From: Blasia pusilla
Lineage: Eukaryota
DNA: 64,000 nt
Assembly (NCBI GenBank): GCA_050084515.1
Contig: CM114271.1
Span: forward strand, 27,342,001-27,406,000
Direction of reading: 5' to 3'
The translations under genes were made by a program, and so were the position numbers. Every line of letters starts with the position of its first letter. Positions within the stretch are counted from its first letter, which is position 1. Positions 1 through 13,600 of the stretch are shown in pieces. Below the pieces are notes generated by a model. The model was not told the origin of the DNA. It saw nothing but the letters and a program-made list of their open reading frames with translations, and did not search any database.

Positions 1-919
1 CTCCGGTAGTAAACCTGAGGACAATGACGAATAGAAAGTCATTATTTTAGTGGCATCTTGCAAGATGTCTCCCGTGAACAATATGCGCTGTGCTATCGGA
101 TATTCTCCATCGGTGGCGACATTTATAAGTGATAATGTTAGTAAACATCCAAAATTTCCTTTCGTTATAACTCGATGAATCCAGATCAAGTTCCAACTCT
201 GGAGCCTGCAACAGTCAAGTAACGAAGGCCGTCTGGAAACTCCCACCTGATTGGCATGGTAGAGGACGCCCTGGGCAGTTCTGTCTGGACAGTCAGTAGT
301 TCGGAGCCTTGGGTTAAATGTTACACGGACCCAACAAATTTTACCCAGAACATCTTCATCTATCTAGTAGATTAGAATGTTCCAAGCAGGGTAATTACAA
401 TTGAGAAGGAAAATACATCATTTAAATAATACACTATTTCCAATCCGTCGAAGGCAAAATTTTTGCTCATTAAGTCCACTTGGTATGCTCAATTAAGTTA
501 CACAAATCACATTTTCTATCTATCTAGAAAAAATCTTTTTTCTCCTGCAATTACAATAGGCCGACAGACCATACCCTACTACTACCAGAAGACAAATGTG
601 TCTTCATTTCTCTGACCAGCTTGCAAAGTTCTTAGCTACATCACGTGACTGGAGGCAGCTTCTCGGGAGTACAATCCAGTGATGACAGACAGCAATGAAC
701 CTTTCCCCACTTAGTTACTCCTTGATAGATCAAGAAGCATCCCTTGCAGCTGTGGTGGAGTTGAAGTGCAGTTTTGCTTTGCACTAGAGAGACATGCTTC
801 AGAGGTAATGAACCCCAATTTCACATGAAATACCCGGGAAAAACTAAGTTGTGTCAATGACAGCCATACCATCCAGTCAAGTAAGCTAAAATACCAACTT
901 CACTTTAGAAGGTTGGGAC

Positions 920-3900
920 TTATGATACACTTTCAATTGCCATACCAAGAGCCCATGCAGCTTCCACAGGTGCACCATGATATTTCACCTTCTTGACCAG
1001 GGTTATATGTTCGTCACGTCCAACTCCTGAGTTGAATCAAACAGTAATGTCAGTGGAGTTAAATAACAAAGACCACTGATCTTCCAGGGTTCATTTTTAT
1101 CATAAATGTCAGTAGTAATATCCGGGAGACCAATTTCACATATACTGGAAAACTACAAATACTTCATACACAGCAAACTCAATTTCCACTTGATCTTCCA
1201 AAGATTTTCAAGAAACAAATCTGATGACTCACCGAATCCTTCAACAAGAAGAACATATTGATACAGAAGGTCCATGCAGAAGTACGGGGCATCTGCAGGT
1301 GAAATGCTGTAAGCTGTAGAAACATCGTCGATGTTTTTACTACAAACTCTTAACGCAGCCTTCTCAAAATCTACAGCTTTGATTGTAGCCTCTATGGCTG
1401 CAGCATCTTTGATGATTCCGGCCTGGCCATCAATCAAAGTAGTATTAGGTCTTGAAGCATAGGACATCACATCAACAAATAAACCCAGCAGAAGTGCAAG
1501 ACTCCACTCTGCCACTTTATACAAGTAGTTCAGGAATCAAGTAGTATCCATCACCAAATCCAACCACAACACAAAATTATGATTAATAGATCTGTTACTG
1601 TGTGAGTCTGAAACCAATACTTCTGTCAAAAGTCTTACCTCCAGGGCCCTGTCAAAAAAAAATGAGGCAACAAGGAGCTTCTTTCTTCCATCTCCACCAC
1701 CTCCACTCCAGATCCCTCCAAAAGTACACTGCATGCTTGCGCAGGCATCATCTTTCCTAAGAGCTGCCAATATAGTTGCTTTGCAGCTCTTGATATGTGC
1801 ACCATCTGGCCCAGCAACTGCTTTATGCTGATCACCACCGTAGGAGTAGTATCCTAGGTTATACGCCAGGCAAATACTCAGTCCCAACATATGAGGAAGA
1901 TGACTGACTCCCTCATCCAGACACCACTACTCTTGCACAGCGTTAGGTAATCTTGGGATCACACATGTACATTGAATCAGATTTTCCCACAACATACCAC
2001 TCGATAAGGTGTTGATCTGCTCCAACATCTCAAACCAAACATATCAAAACTACACACATATCATTTTGAGCCCATCTGAAGAAAGAAATTGAGATCCTTG
2101 GAGGATCCCAAAACCATCGTCTACATGGTGGCAGTGGTAAACATGAACATAGGTTGGGACTGGCTCTGCATACCATCAAAACCCTCATTTAAACATGGAT
2201 GGGTATTCTTCACTTGCTTTAGAATCTCCCCTCGCACAGCATAGAGTCCATATCGTAGGTAGCTGCAAAATTTGCAGGTGTGAGTCCATGCCATTGAATA
2301 CCAGGCTGATCGATCTGCAAGAAGATGGTGGGAATGGCCAACAGTTGCCTACCTATAAACGTATAGGTAGTATGTCTGACCAAGTAGCTTCAGAGTCACA
2401 ATGTAAGCTTCACTGCCCTCAACAGATTTGGGTGCTGTCTTATGAGTTTCTTCGGAGACAGCATAAGACATTTGAACTGAGCCACCTCCAAGATCCACCA
2501 CACCTACAGTTTGATCAAAAGATTTCCCCAGATTGCCAAGCAAATAATTGATAGTCACCTGCAAGATCCAAGCTAGAACTAAGAAATTCTCTCTCACACA
2601 ACAACCATTGTGCAATTGATAGACATTCACAAAAGGAAAATCCACTCAAAGTTGCAGGTATTATAGAACCCTCCTTCAAGTTTTGAAAAAATCTCCAGGT
2701 AGAGAATTCCACAAAAAAATGCTCTTACACCTCCTCACTTGATGGTACTTGCATTGCCATTCCCTCAGAGGCACAACTTCTCATCCCATCCACAAGGTTC
2801 AAGGTTACAAAACTCCATAGAGAAAACAGAATATTACCCACTGATAAGCACCCTCCTGTGATCCACCCAAGATGGTCACCCAGTCTTGTTGAAATCTGAA
2901 GCCGCTGTTTGCAAACAAATATCTGACCTGCATATTCAAAAAAGGTTAGACCCATGCTAGTTCTGTCACAATTCACGGCTAGAAACTCTGATTGCTGACC
3001 TCCTAGGGAACGCAATAGGGGCATAAGACTCTTCACTACCTGGAATTACCTCCGTATTTTATCAGCCTGGTAACACGAACGAGAATTTGCCATAGTGAGT
3101 AGTACAGAGGATTGGAAAGTACAAAAAAGGATACGGCACATTGAACTTCTCCTTGGGAATACCTGATCTAGAATTTCAGTTGCACTATCTCCAGGCAGCA
3201 ATCTCAGTCCCGCAGTAGCCTGTTTCAATGCACACGCTTATCATGACATGGCATAGCCCAATGACAGATCACTTCCTTATACTTGAGTGCTAACATACTA
3301 ACAATGCATGTGGTGATCAGAGAAGACAAGATCAGTCCCCTTTGAAGCAAACGCAGCAGGCTACAGGGCAGCAGAGCCCATCACAGGTCACTGGAAACCA
3401 CTGATTACCCCAAGGCGAACGGGCGTTGCTCCCCACAAATTGCGCGGCACAAGATCCAATGCTGGCTGAAGTAACCACTTCAAAGATTCAGCAGCTTGAA
3501 CAGGGTTGTTGCTATAGTTGCTGAGTCCTGGTTTTCTCTGCTCCAAACATCAAAACCTTAAGCAGGTTAATTAACTCTCAGAAAGACAGAACGGAAGATT
3601 TCCTAACACTCTACCATCTTCTCACTTCTCTGGCCATCCACAAGTTACCGTTTTACCTTTGCTCAGCAGTTTCTAATTCTGTCCATGGAATCTTTGGGTC
3701 TAGTCTCAAAGCTACTGAGGACAAGTTCTCCATAGTATCTTCGGTGGCAAAACATAAGGAGGTCGTTCTTTCATAAGTTGGACACCTCCCAAGGAAGATG
3801 GCCCTGAATAAATCTGAAAGACACTCTGATTCCACTTGGAATCTACACTTGGCCGTCCCTTTGCCCCTAGTCTCCACACGGAGGTTACATTCTCTCACTA

Positions 3901-4817
3901 TTTTCCTCCCAGGCTGATCATATAGCTATAGTACCCATCTCTTCCACCAGAGAGGAAAACCAGGGCTTGGAAACATGTCACACACAAGAACATGCAATCC
4001 GCGAGAAGTTGCCGGCCCTTCAGGGCAAGTGCCAGCACGGAGCTCATTACTGAGGCGGTCGGCTCGAGTCAAGCTAGACCTACAGTAAGAGAGACACCTA
4101 ATACCCTCCACAGGAGTAAGTCTCAAGGTGGCACCCTTTAGCAATTGCCGTGACAAGTAGATCTGGACTCGCACTCAGACCTGGTTGAAACAAAGTCGCT
4201 TTCACACGCCGTCCAAAAGACGTTTGGAGGCCCACACAAGCCGTGTTGTTAATGCCTCTCTCTATACGTCTCACTTCCCACCTGATATAGCCGTTTCACT
4301 AGTAGATCCAGGGAACAAATAAGCACGAATCAATATTGTATCAATTATTCGCTACCTAAAACAGTTATGAGGATGTTCTTCGGGGTATCAATAATTGAGG
4401 TACTGCCGGATTGCCATAGGCAGAAACAAGCAAGGCAATGGTCTAACCGAAAAGAAGATGTTAATAGAGAAAAGAGTCCAATACACGCGGACAATGTTGA
4501 TATACCTGCAGGAAAAGCTCCAAGCTTCCATCTTCCATAGGAATCAGCTCCGTATCCATGTCGAAGGCAAACACATGCACCCTGCTTCCCGAGCTTCCGG
4601 CGTCAAAAACGACACTGAAGCGTTTCGATGGAGTCGGCCCCGACCTGAGGGTCTGTAATTCGAAAGGATCCGCCCCCGTAGTCGCGGAATCCTCCAAACT
4701 GCGTGGCATTAGGAGTAGTACGAACGAAATGAGAACAATCGGTACTGATATTACAAATATCACGCCCCTGTAACGATATATCTTGTCCACCATGCTTTCC
4801 TGCCGCGGCCCTCTCAT
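920..4817 (-). CDS. APY: Apyrase / NTPDase (GDA1/CD39 family, APY1/APY2-like), 9 coding exons
   Basis: Exons read with GT-AG boundaries and continuous frame: 4817-4506, 3537-3409, 3219-3163, 2927-2838, 2558-2353, 2262-2174, 1853-1639, 1422-1233, 1026-920 (TAA). N-terminal TM segment ([21 protein letters not shown]). Apyrase conserved regions: [44 protein letters not shown]. The first in-frame ATG is at 4817; the ORF-track start at 4889 is GTG. Confidence 0.95.
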
Positions 4818-5069
4818 CTTCGTGTGGTGCTCACTTCTCGGACTCTGCAGCTCCTCAAGCTCTACGCTCGACGTCGAGCGGTATCGCACTTGCCCGCCCT
4901 TCCCCTCTGTGACCTCCAGCTCGCCCGCTTCCTCCTCCCAATTCTTTCAAGATCCTCGATCCCTCCCCTCCCAGTGTTTTGTCGATCAATTCCCCGAGCC
5001 CATCTGCTCCCACATTCCCTCGATTTCGTCCTCAACAACTCTTAGCCTTCTCTCCTCCTTTTCCTCCAC

Positions 5070-5560
5070 TTCTACTGTTCTTAATGACTCCGGAGATTTT
5101 CTCCTCTCCTCGTCCTCGTCCCTCCGCACCTACTGTTCTCGGCAACTCCACATCTTCTCTCTTCCTTTTCCTCCGCTTCTCTCTCCGTGTGTTCTTTGAA
5201 TCAAGTTCTCGAACTCATTTCCACGCACATTTCCTCTATTCCGTCGTCACCAGGGCCCAATCCTCGGTGACTACAGTTCTGAACAACTCCAGACCTCCAA
5301 AACTCGCTCCAAAAAACTCTCAATATGTACTCTTCTACTGTTCTCTTCAATAAATGCAGATCTCGTTTCCTCTTCCTCTGCCTCTCAGGATCTCTCCTTC
5401 AACCTTCGCCAACACTAGTCTCAAGAACTCCAGATCGTGTCTCTTATTCCTCCACCACTAATGTTGTAAATAACTCCAAATTTCGTCTCCTCCTCTTCCT
5501 CCGCTATTGCTGTTCTAAAAAACTCCACATCTCGTCTCCTCCAACAGATCTCCACTCCTC
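5070..5560. repeat. Degenerate CT-rich tandem repeat upstream of the apyrase start codon
   Basis: Recurring motif CTACTGTTCT...AACTCC(A/G)(C/G)ATCT..TCTCCTC near 5072, 5130, 5271, 5335, 5460 and 5510. Confidence 0.5.
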
Positions 5561-6114
5561 CCCTCTAATGCGCTCCAAAAACCTGTGTAGATCGTCGGTT
5601 GACCGCTGCGTATGTAGAGCAATCTGACCTCACCCTTCCCGTCCCGCGCCGTGCGCAGCCTGCGACGTGAGAAAATAATACAGCACTAGCCCGAATCACG
5701 CGCGCCGCGATGCGACAATCGATATTAAACTCACGCGCGATCACAAGAGAGTGACAAGAAATATTCTCACGGACGCGCGATCGGCGGAGGGACGGGCGAG
5801 AAAATGATCGACGAGCTCTCAAGCTTTCCTCACAAGTGCACGTCAACTCTCTCTCTCTCTCCTCTCCTCTTCTCTTGAATCGGGAAATCTTCGATGGTTC
5901 CCGTCCGTTCCTGTCACGTGCTCCGGCCGGTCGCCCACCGTTCGAGAACGTCTCCAAAAGTAGCTGAGCTTGGATGCTCACGGTACTAGGGCGTGTCAAA
6001 GATTGTGCCCGGAAGCGAATTATGGAACAAGAATGCGGCCCCGATATTGGTAAGGAGAAGGTAACGAATAGAAAAGGCTGAGAATAAGCTGTGCGTGAAT
6101 AAAAAAATTGGACA

Positions 6115-6140
6115 TCTATACTATTATGGGAGAGTCCCTT
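6115..6140 (+). mobile_element. Helitron-type 5' terminus (A|TCTATACTATTATGGGAGAGT)
   Basis: TC start preceded by A. Near-identical motifs occur at 18731 and 32855, where they pair with CTAG|T 3' ends. It may be the left end of the downstream Rep/Hel element. Confidence 0.5.
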
Positions 6141-7919
6141 TTCGCGGCGCAAACACCTCTCCTCGTGCCAGTGGCATTTCAAGCGAACCAGAGTGTTTCG
6201 CACTTAGGGTTTTGTTCATAGTCGCCCTAGCCTGTAACCGTTTTTTTTAACGAACATGGGATTTTCATGCTTCTCAAGTCGACCTAGCACGCGTGACGGA
6301 CTTAGAGTTTCATTTTAGGCCGCAACTTTTGTTTCAAGTTTTTGTCCTTTTGTCCTTGACGGTTTGGATCCCTCAAACCAGCGTCGTCCGATGAGATTGG
6401 CTTCTCATTTGTCGAGAAGTTGTGAGTGCGAGGGTTGTGAATTCAAACTTACAGTGATTTTCAACTTGCACCTTATTTATTCCCTCTTACAAATTACACA
6501 CTCCCCATTTTGCTCACAACGGAAAGGTTGAACTCATTCATTCACCACTCCCTCATTTACACGCTGAACATCATTTATTGCTAGATAGAGTCCCTAGTAT
6601 ACTTTGAGGTCTATGTACTAAAATACTGAGCTCTATGTAGCTACGGATGAACATAGCAAGCTAACCAGAAGCAGGGCTTCCAGACATTCTATTTGATCGG
6701 TACTCTCGAAGAGAGGTGTTCGATTCAGGCTCAATCTGCCCCGATTAAGCAACCCTTGATGTGATCTCAAGATGAGCTCCCGAGTTCTTGACGTGCCCCC
6801 CCTGCTCGAGATTTGCAGCAACTTCAACGGCATTTCGAGAGCTCCTCCACATTTGACGTTCGCTCCGGCACCTCCAGAGCTCCTCACATTCTAACCATCT
6901 TTCGACATCTGCAACATCCAAAAAAGCAAAGGTGCAGAACGGAAACTACCTAGAGATGGCAACAAGAATCATAGTGAAAAAGTCAACACAAGGGAAGGGA
7001 AAGAGTGTGTCCAAGGTAATGAGCTCGAAAAAACATTACGGTGTAAAGTCACCGGATCTCCAACCATTGGAGAGTACAAAATGGTCTCCAATATCTAAGG
7101 AGGAATGTATGCGCTTGAGCAAATGGAACAAGTTGCACTGTGATGGTCCTACTTGGGGAGATCCACTCACCCTCTTGCATGCTTCGGGCTTTGAGTATGC
7201 AATAAAGGACTCCATGTCTGCTGCAATCCACCTTGCAAATTCAGACAAAGGGTACGATCCAAAGCCAGTTGGAGGAGAGGGAATAGACGTTGTAGAGGAG
7301 GGAGGGACTCCTCCCATTCGCATGAGGAGGCCCGATATAGAAAGGGAACATACCGAGGAGGGAGCCTCTACTAAGAAGTGAAGAATGACCCCACACACTA
7401 ACTGAGATCAACAAAGCTCACCATCAAAGGGAAGTCCCCGGTAACTCCCAGTGTGCCTACCACACGTAGGGATGATCCATAGTGTACGAAGAAATCGCCA
7501 CATAAAGGGCAAAAGGGGAAAGAAGTTGTAGTGAATATTCAGATCCATATCTGAATTTGGGATCTAGGAGAGGGTGAGTGTGTCGATCATGAGTAGAGTA
7601 GATCAGAGAGTCATGTACTACTTACTTTTAAATGAAAGCCACTTGGAGAGTTGAGAAAATGTGAATGTCTCTGCCCGCCCCTCTCTTTGTACTCAGCTTG
7701 AGTACTCTGAACTCCATTGGACACTCTCATCTATTAGTGCTTAGCTCGAGTACTAACTGCACTCATTCTGCCCCTACCTGTCCCATGTGTACATGTGTAA
7801 TAGCACAAGTAAATCTCGAGAGAAACCAACGACAAAACCGAGAGAAAATAGCTCCGGAGACCCTAGGTGCTTCCAAAATGATCACGACAATCAACAATAC
7901 ACGAGACCCAAGTTGCTAA

Positions 7920-8370
7920 CCCAAAATTCTATACTATCAAACAAGAGCCTGGCTGTCAAAAGAGACAAAATAGCCGAACTACTAAGGATCCGTAGCCCAA
8001 CTGTCAAAAACATTCCGAGACCCTATGCGCTCTGCCGAAAGAGTGTACTATCAAACAAGATCCCAACCATCAAAAGCGACTTAGTAGCCAAACTTCTAAG
8101 GATCCGAAACCCGACTGTCAAAAAATCCCCGAGACCCGATCTGCAATGTCATGAGAGCCCGACTGTCAAAAGCACCCCAAAGTCAAACAACTAGCAAGAG
8201 AGCCTGATTGTCAAAATTTCCCCAGAGCCAAACAACTAGCGAGAGAGCCTAGCAAGATAGCCCGAGAGCCAACAAATTAAGGAAAGAACCCGACCGTCAA
8301 GAACACTCGAGAGCAGAACCGCTAGGGGATGAGCCTGACTGTCACGAAACCCCGAGAGCCCAACTGCATA
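7920..8370. repeat. Imperfect tandem repeat (about 116-bp period, then shorter GAGCC..ACTGTCAAAA units) within an unclassified TE-like segment
   Basis: TACTATCAAACAAGA...CTAAGGATCCG...ACTGTCAAAAA...CCGAGACCC occurs twice (about 7931 and 8046). Further CTGTCAA-type units continue to about 8345. Confidence 0.65.
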
Positions 8371-10639
8371 GCCAAAACTTATCGTCGATGTAAAAAATTG
8401 AGTGCAGATCGAGTCTCAAAGGCGACGAGTCGTTAGGAGATGTTTGAGCACCAAGATGGTGTTGGCTCTATACGCACCACAATGATCCGTGCGCTCGAGT
8501 GCGCACGAGCCGGGAGGGGGGGCGCGCTTGAGCGCACGAGTAGAGCAGAAACCGGGAGAGGGGGCGCCTGAGGGCTCGAGCGTGCTTGAGCACGCACGAG
8601 GATCTGAAATACAAGGATGAGGGGGGAATGGGAGAGGAAGTGAGGGAGAAGGGGTTGGACGATTGGGTAGGGGGAAGGGTGGAGGGGGGAGGGATCTGAC
8701 GGCTTAGAATTTGAGCCGTCAGATTAACCATCTTACGGCCTATTTTGCCTGGTGGTTAGATGGTAGAGTGGTTCAAATCTTACCCTAGGATTCAGAGGCG
8801 GCGCCATTAGGGTGCGGGGGATTGGTTCACGCCTAGGGTTGGGAGGGCTAGTTTTGGCCTACCAAACCTGGCTTTTTTTATTAATTTCCTTATAATTTTT
8901 TTTAATGTAAAATTCTCCCTTCTTTACCTTTTTCCCAATTTATTCCCCCTCTTCCCATCAATTTTTTCTGATTTGTTCCCACATACTTCTTTTTTTAGGA
9001 TTTTTCCCTCTTTCCACTTTAAATTAGTCCTTGTTTTTACAATTTGTATAGAAAATAAAAATAATTAATTAAAATCATCCCCCTTACTCTTCTTCCCTAG
9101 ATACTTTTCTTTCCCTAAATTTTATTTTACAGATTTCATTTTCTCTCTGTTTTTTTCATTCAATTTATAATTTTTACAGAAAATCAAATTGGAAATGAAA
9201 AATTGCCCCTACTAATTTCCCTTCTCTTCTCTCCTATTTTCGTTGTTTTTCTTTTCATTCTTTATTATTTTGGTCATCTTATTTCAATTCTCAAGTTTAA
9301 TAAATACTTCTGTTGTGTGTCATGAAGATGGTGAGTGTTGGCGGATTATCACTAAACAGGGAGAGACAGCCACTTGGTACTATTACAAATATGCCAATTT
9401 CGCAACAAATTTTGGGAAGACATATTGAAGTATTGAAAAAAACCTCCCCGATGTAAGAACCTTTGCTTAGAGTAGGGAAGTAAGCACCTTATTTACATTT
9501 CAACGATGATGCCTTAGATACCATTTTCTCGACAATATATTTTTCTCATGCAATAAACCCAATTGTTGCACAAACTTCCTCTTCCATCAAATCCTACGGA
9601 TTTGCGTGACTTCAAAAATTGATGCGTGCGAATGCACAACAGAAAAGGTGTGTCCGTCGCAAGGAAATCTTATCACAACAAACACATGTTGAAGATGAAC
9701 TCCGACCTGAAACATCTCCAACGTAAGTTTACTACATCGACGCTCATTTAGCATGTCCATTTTCCCACCTCACAAAATACTAACTTTTCTTTTAATTTCG
9801 TAAGCTTTTAACATTGATGTGTTGTTCCAGACTTCCAATCCCATTGAATCCTATCAATATACGTGACTTTCGGAAGATTCTACGTGGTGAAGCCCAAAAA
9901 TGAAAGCGTGCTATTCGAGCTAACATAATGGAAGCTCTAAAAAAAAAAGAGGAATTACTATCGAGAGTATAGAAAAAGAAGGAAAGGGCTTAATGGTCAA
10001 GTTCAACATGAGAGTATTGCACCTATTCCATTGAACAGGTACCTATATCTAACTTTTTATATTTGATTCACTTCATAACTATTTGATTTACTCCATATTT
10101 GATTTGTATTTATTCTTATCAATATTTTGACATATTTTCTCAGGCCTTCCAATGAGGATGGAATAATAGTAGAAGAAAATCAAGAAGTGAGCGAACAATC
10201 GACGGAGTATATTTATACATCGCCAAAACTCGAGTTAGTTGACCATACATTCCATGATGTTATCGAGAATACATCCACAATTGGGCCACCACAAGTTGAG
10301 TTACCTACCACTCCTCCTATTCCAAATTAAGATGAAATTGTCAACAATTCGTCGACCGCTCTTCCTATTCGAGTTCAATACGAAGTTATCGACCACTCTT
10401 CCTATTCCTGTTCAAGATGAAGTTTTCGACAATTCGTCGACTTTTTCCCAAGTTGGGGATGAATCAAGGTAAAGAGTAGATGCCATGTCTCCTAATGGAG
10501 TTTTGTTGTCTCCACAACTTTCCACAATACCAAATGCTTCTATGATTTGTGCATTGTCTACCCTTGATAGAGTTGTAAGATTAAATACATTACTCAATCT
10601 TGCAAGGAGGCCAAATTTCAACAAAGTGATATTCGGAAG

Positions 10640-13600
10640 TTGCGATTACAAAGGAGTTTGAATCGTACTAGCGGTCGTCATACACTAGGTTCTATGACAA
10701 AGATATATCCCTCATGCCGTGCTTTGCATTGGAAATGTGAAGTGGTCAAAGGTACTAAGTTTGGTTACTCACCATATGGCATGTGTTGTGGCCATGGGAG
10801 AATATACTTACCTCTCTTGAGATCATCTTCTCCATTTCTGAAATCCTTGATTTCGGGTGTTGGTCCTAGAAGCATTCATTTTCTTATACATGCTCGAGCT
10901 TATAACTCGGCACTTCAACTTGCATCTATTGGGGTACATGCAAATGAACAAATTGGTGGCATTGGACACTTTAGGGTGCAAGGCGGGATCTATCATTCCA
11001 TTGGACGTTTACATCCTGATATAGGGGGGGACATCCCCAATTTGCTCAACTATACATCCATGATACTACAAATGAATTGGAAAATCGTGCTAGAATTATG
11101 TCTACATCTTCTAATCTTAATATGGATATTTTGAAGGGTCTCCAAGACATGTTACATGAATGCAATCCATATGTGAAGATCTTTCATCATATGGAATATG
11201 AAGCAAGTGATCTTAATATGCGGATTATCCTCAAGGCAAGTAAGAGAGGTCTTGATACAAAGCGTCATAACTTACCAATTGCTTCTGAAGTTGTTGCTAT
11301 TTTTCTGGGTGATGGAAGTGAACACGTTGAGCATCGTGATATAATTTTACGACTACATGGCGGAGGAGTCAAATGTATATCCGACCTCAACGAAGCATAT
11401 ATTCCCTTACATTTTGTTTCATTATTTATCTATGGTGAAGCAGGTTGGCATCCTGGAATACCCTTTGGGCAAATCGAAGGCTGTAGAGAATCCCGACGAT
11501 TGGGCCACATTATTCATGGAGAGGAGGGACATCCTAAACCTTTAGATGATTGCATGGATGAGGACACAATTTATGATGATATTGTTGAGGAAAGAAGAAG
11601 AAAATATATTACGGCCTTGAAATTTGCATATTTTCGACTTCAAACGCGGATTGGAGGAGAAGATGACAATCGCTTATTGCGGCTTTGTCGACTTACTCAA
11701 GAATATATGGTTGAACTCTATGCCACTGTGGAAATACAACGATTATCATGGGTGCGCTTAAATAAGAAGGAGTTGAGGGCTGAATTATATCAAGGTGTAA
11801 AGGATGCCATGCATCGACAAGATGCAGATAGCCGAAGGCCTGGGAGACGCATTATATTACCTTCTTCTTTTATTGGAGGGCCAGGTCATATGCATCGGTT
11901 GTATCAGGATGTAATGGCAATTTTACAATATTTGGGGAAGCCTTACTACTTCTTAACCATGACATGCAATCCAAAGTGGGAGAAGATTACATCAGCCCTA
12001 CTACCTGGCCAATCAGGTACAAATCGACCAGATTTGGTCGTGCGGGTTTTTGAGAAGAAAAAGAAGGAGTTGTTACAACTTATCATCAAGGAGCATATAT
12101 TGGGTCGATTTGTAGGATGCATCCTTGTGGTGGAATTCCAAAAAAGAGGATTACCACATGTGCTTGTCCTTATTATTTTAGGTCGTGAGGATAAACCGTG
12201 TACCACAATTGATTATGATCGTATCATTTCAGCTGGACTCCTTGATCAATCTACCCAGCCAAGGATATATTCTACCGTTGCTAATTGCATGGTTCACGGG
12301 CCATGTGGACCATTAAATCCAAATGCTCTGTGTATGGATAAGGAAAAAAAAAAGTACAAAAGGCTATCCAAAAGCTTTTGCGGCCAACACTACCGAGACA
12401 GAAGATGGTTATCCGATATATCGTAGGTAAGGACCCTTTTATTTTTAAGGCATATGTATTAATGATTCCTTCTAATACATTCATTCATCATTAATTACGA
12501 TTGTTATTATTTTTTGTAGATTGGAGAATGGGAGGGCGATAATTAAGACTAAAAATTCATTGGATAATCGTTGGGTTGTGCCTTACAATCCGATGTTATG
12601 CACCCTATTCGATTGTCACATTAATTTGGAGATTACAAGTAGTGTTTCTGCTGTCAAGTACTTATACAAATATTTTTATAAAGGATATGATGTTGTGTCA
12701 TTTAAGTTGTCAAAGGATATGGATACATCCAATGTAATCGAAGTTATTGACGAGACAACGTCATATCTTGGTGCGAGGTCTGATTTTATGGATTGACTTC
12801 TCTGATGCATTATATTTTATTTCTCAACTTTAGGTGATTGTCCTTACTCAAATACTTGGAATTCTCATTATTCCGTATATGTATCTTCTTCGTAGGCATG
12901 TTGGCATCTCTTTAAGTTTAGTCTACATGATGAACTTCCAAGTATCGTACAATTAGCAGTCCATCTTCCGAAACAACAATTAGTCTACTTCAATGATGTT
13001 GACGCTCTTGGAGATATTTTGCAACTAAAAAGAGAGACAACATTGACCCAATGGTTTGCAACCAATCTATCTGACTCCAGTGCTCGACAATATCTATACA
13101 TAGATTTTCCTTTTTATTATTGTTGGAGTAACAAGAGATGGATTCGTAGCATACAAAAACAAAATGGTTGTGGCCATCACATTGGTCGCTTATACCTTAC
13201 TCGTCCAGGTAAATGCTCACAACTTCTTTGTATATAATTTCTTTTATTTTTCACCTCTAAAGCAATGTATCTATATGTTGGGATAAACTCATTTAGTTTA
13301 ATTCCTCATAGGTGAAGGAGAACGTCATTGATTGAGATTACTTCTCCATCATGTTCAAGGAGCAACTACGTATGAATGTTTGAGAAGTGTTAATGGGGTA
13401 TTATGTCCAACATTCAAGGAGGCTTCTATCCAATTGGTACTTCTTGAGGATGATAGGGTTTAGGGTACAGGTTCTTCATTTCGTCGCCTATTTGCAATTA
13501 TTCTAGCGTGCAACACACTTGCTCAACCTACAACAATTTGGAGTCAATTCTTCGTTCCAATGGTAGAAGATCTCTTATATGACCGGCGTCTGGTAGTAAT

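Noticed and set aside
1-330. Possible 3' end of a plus-strand gene (SGSKPEDNDE*)
   Set aside because: Too short, with no recognisable motif.
4783-5627. Several Ser/Leu/Pro-rich plus-strand ORFs
   Set aside because: By-products of CT-rich low-complexity sequence antisense to the apyrase 5' region.
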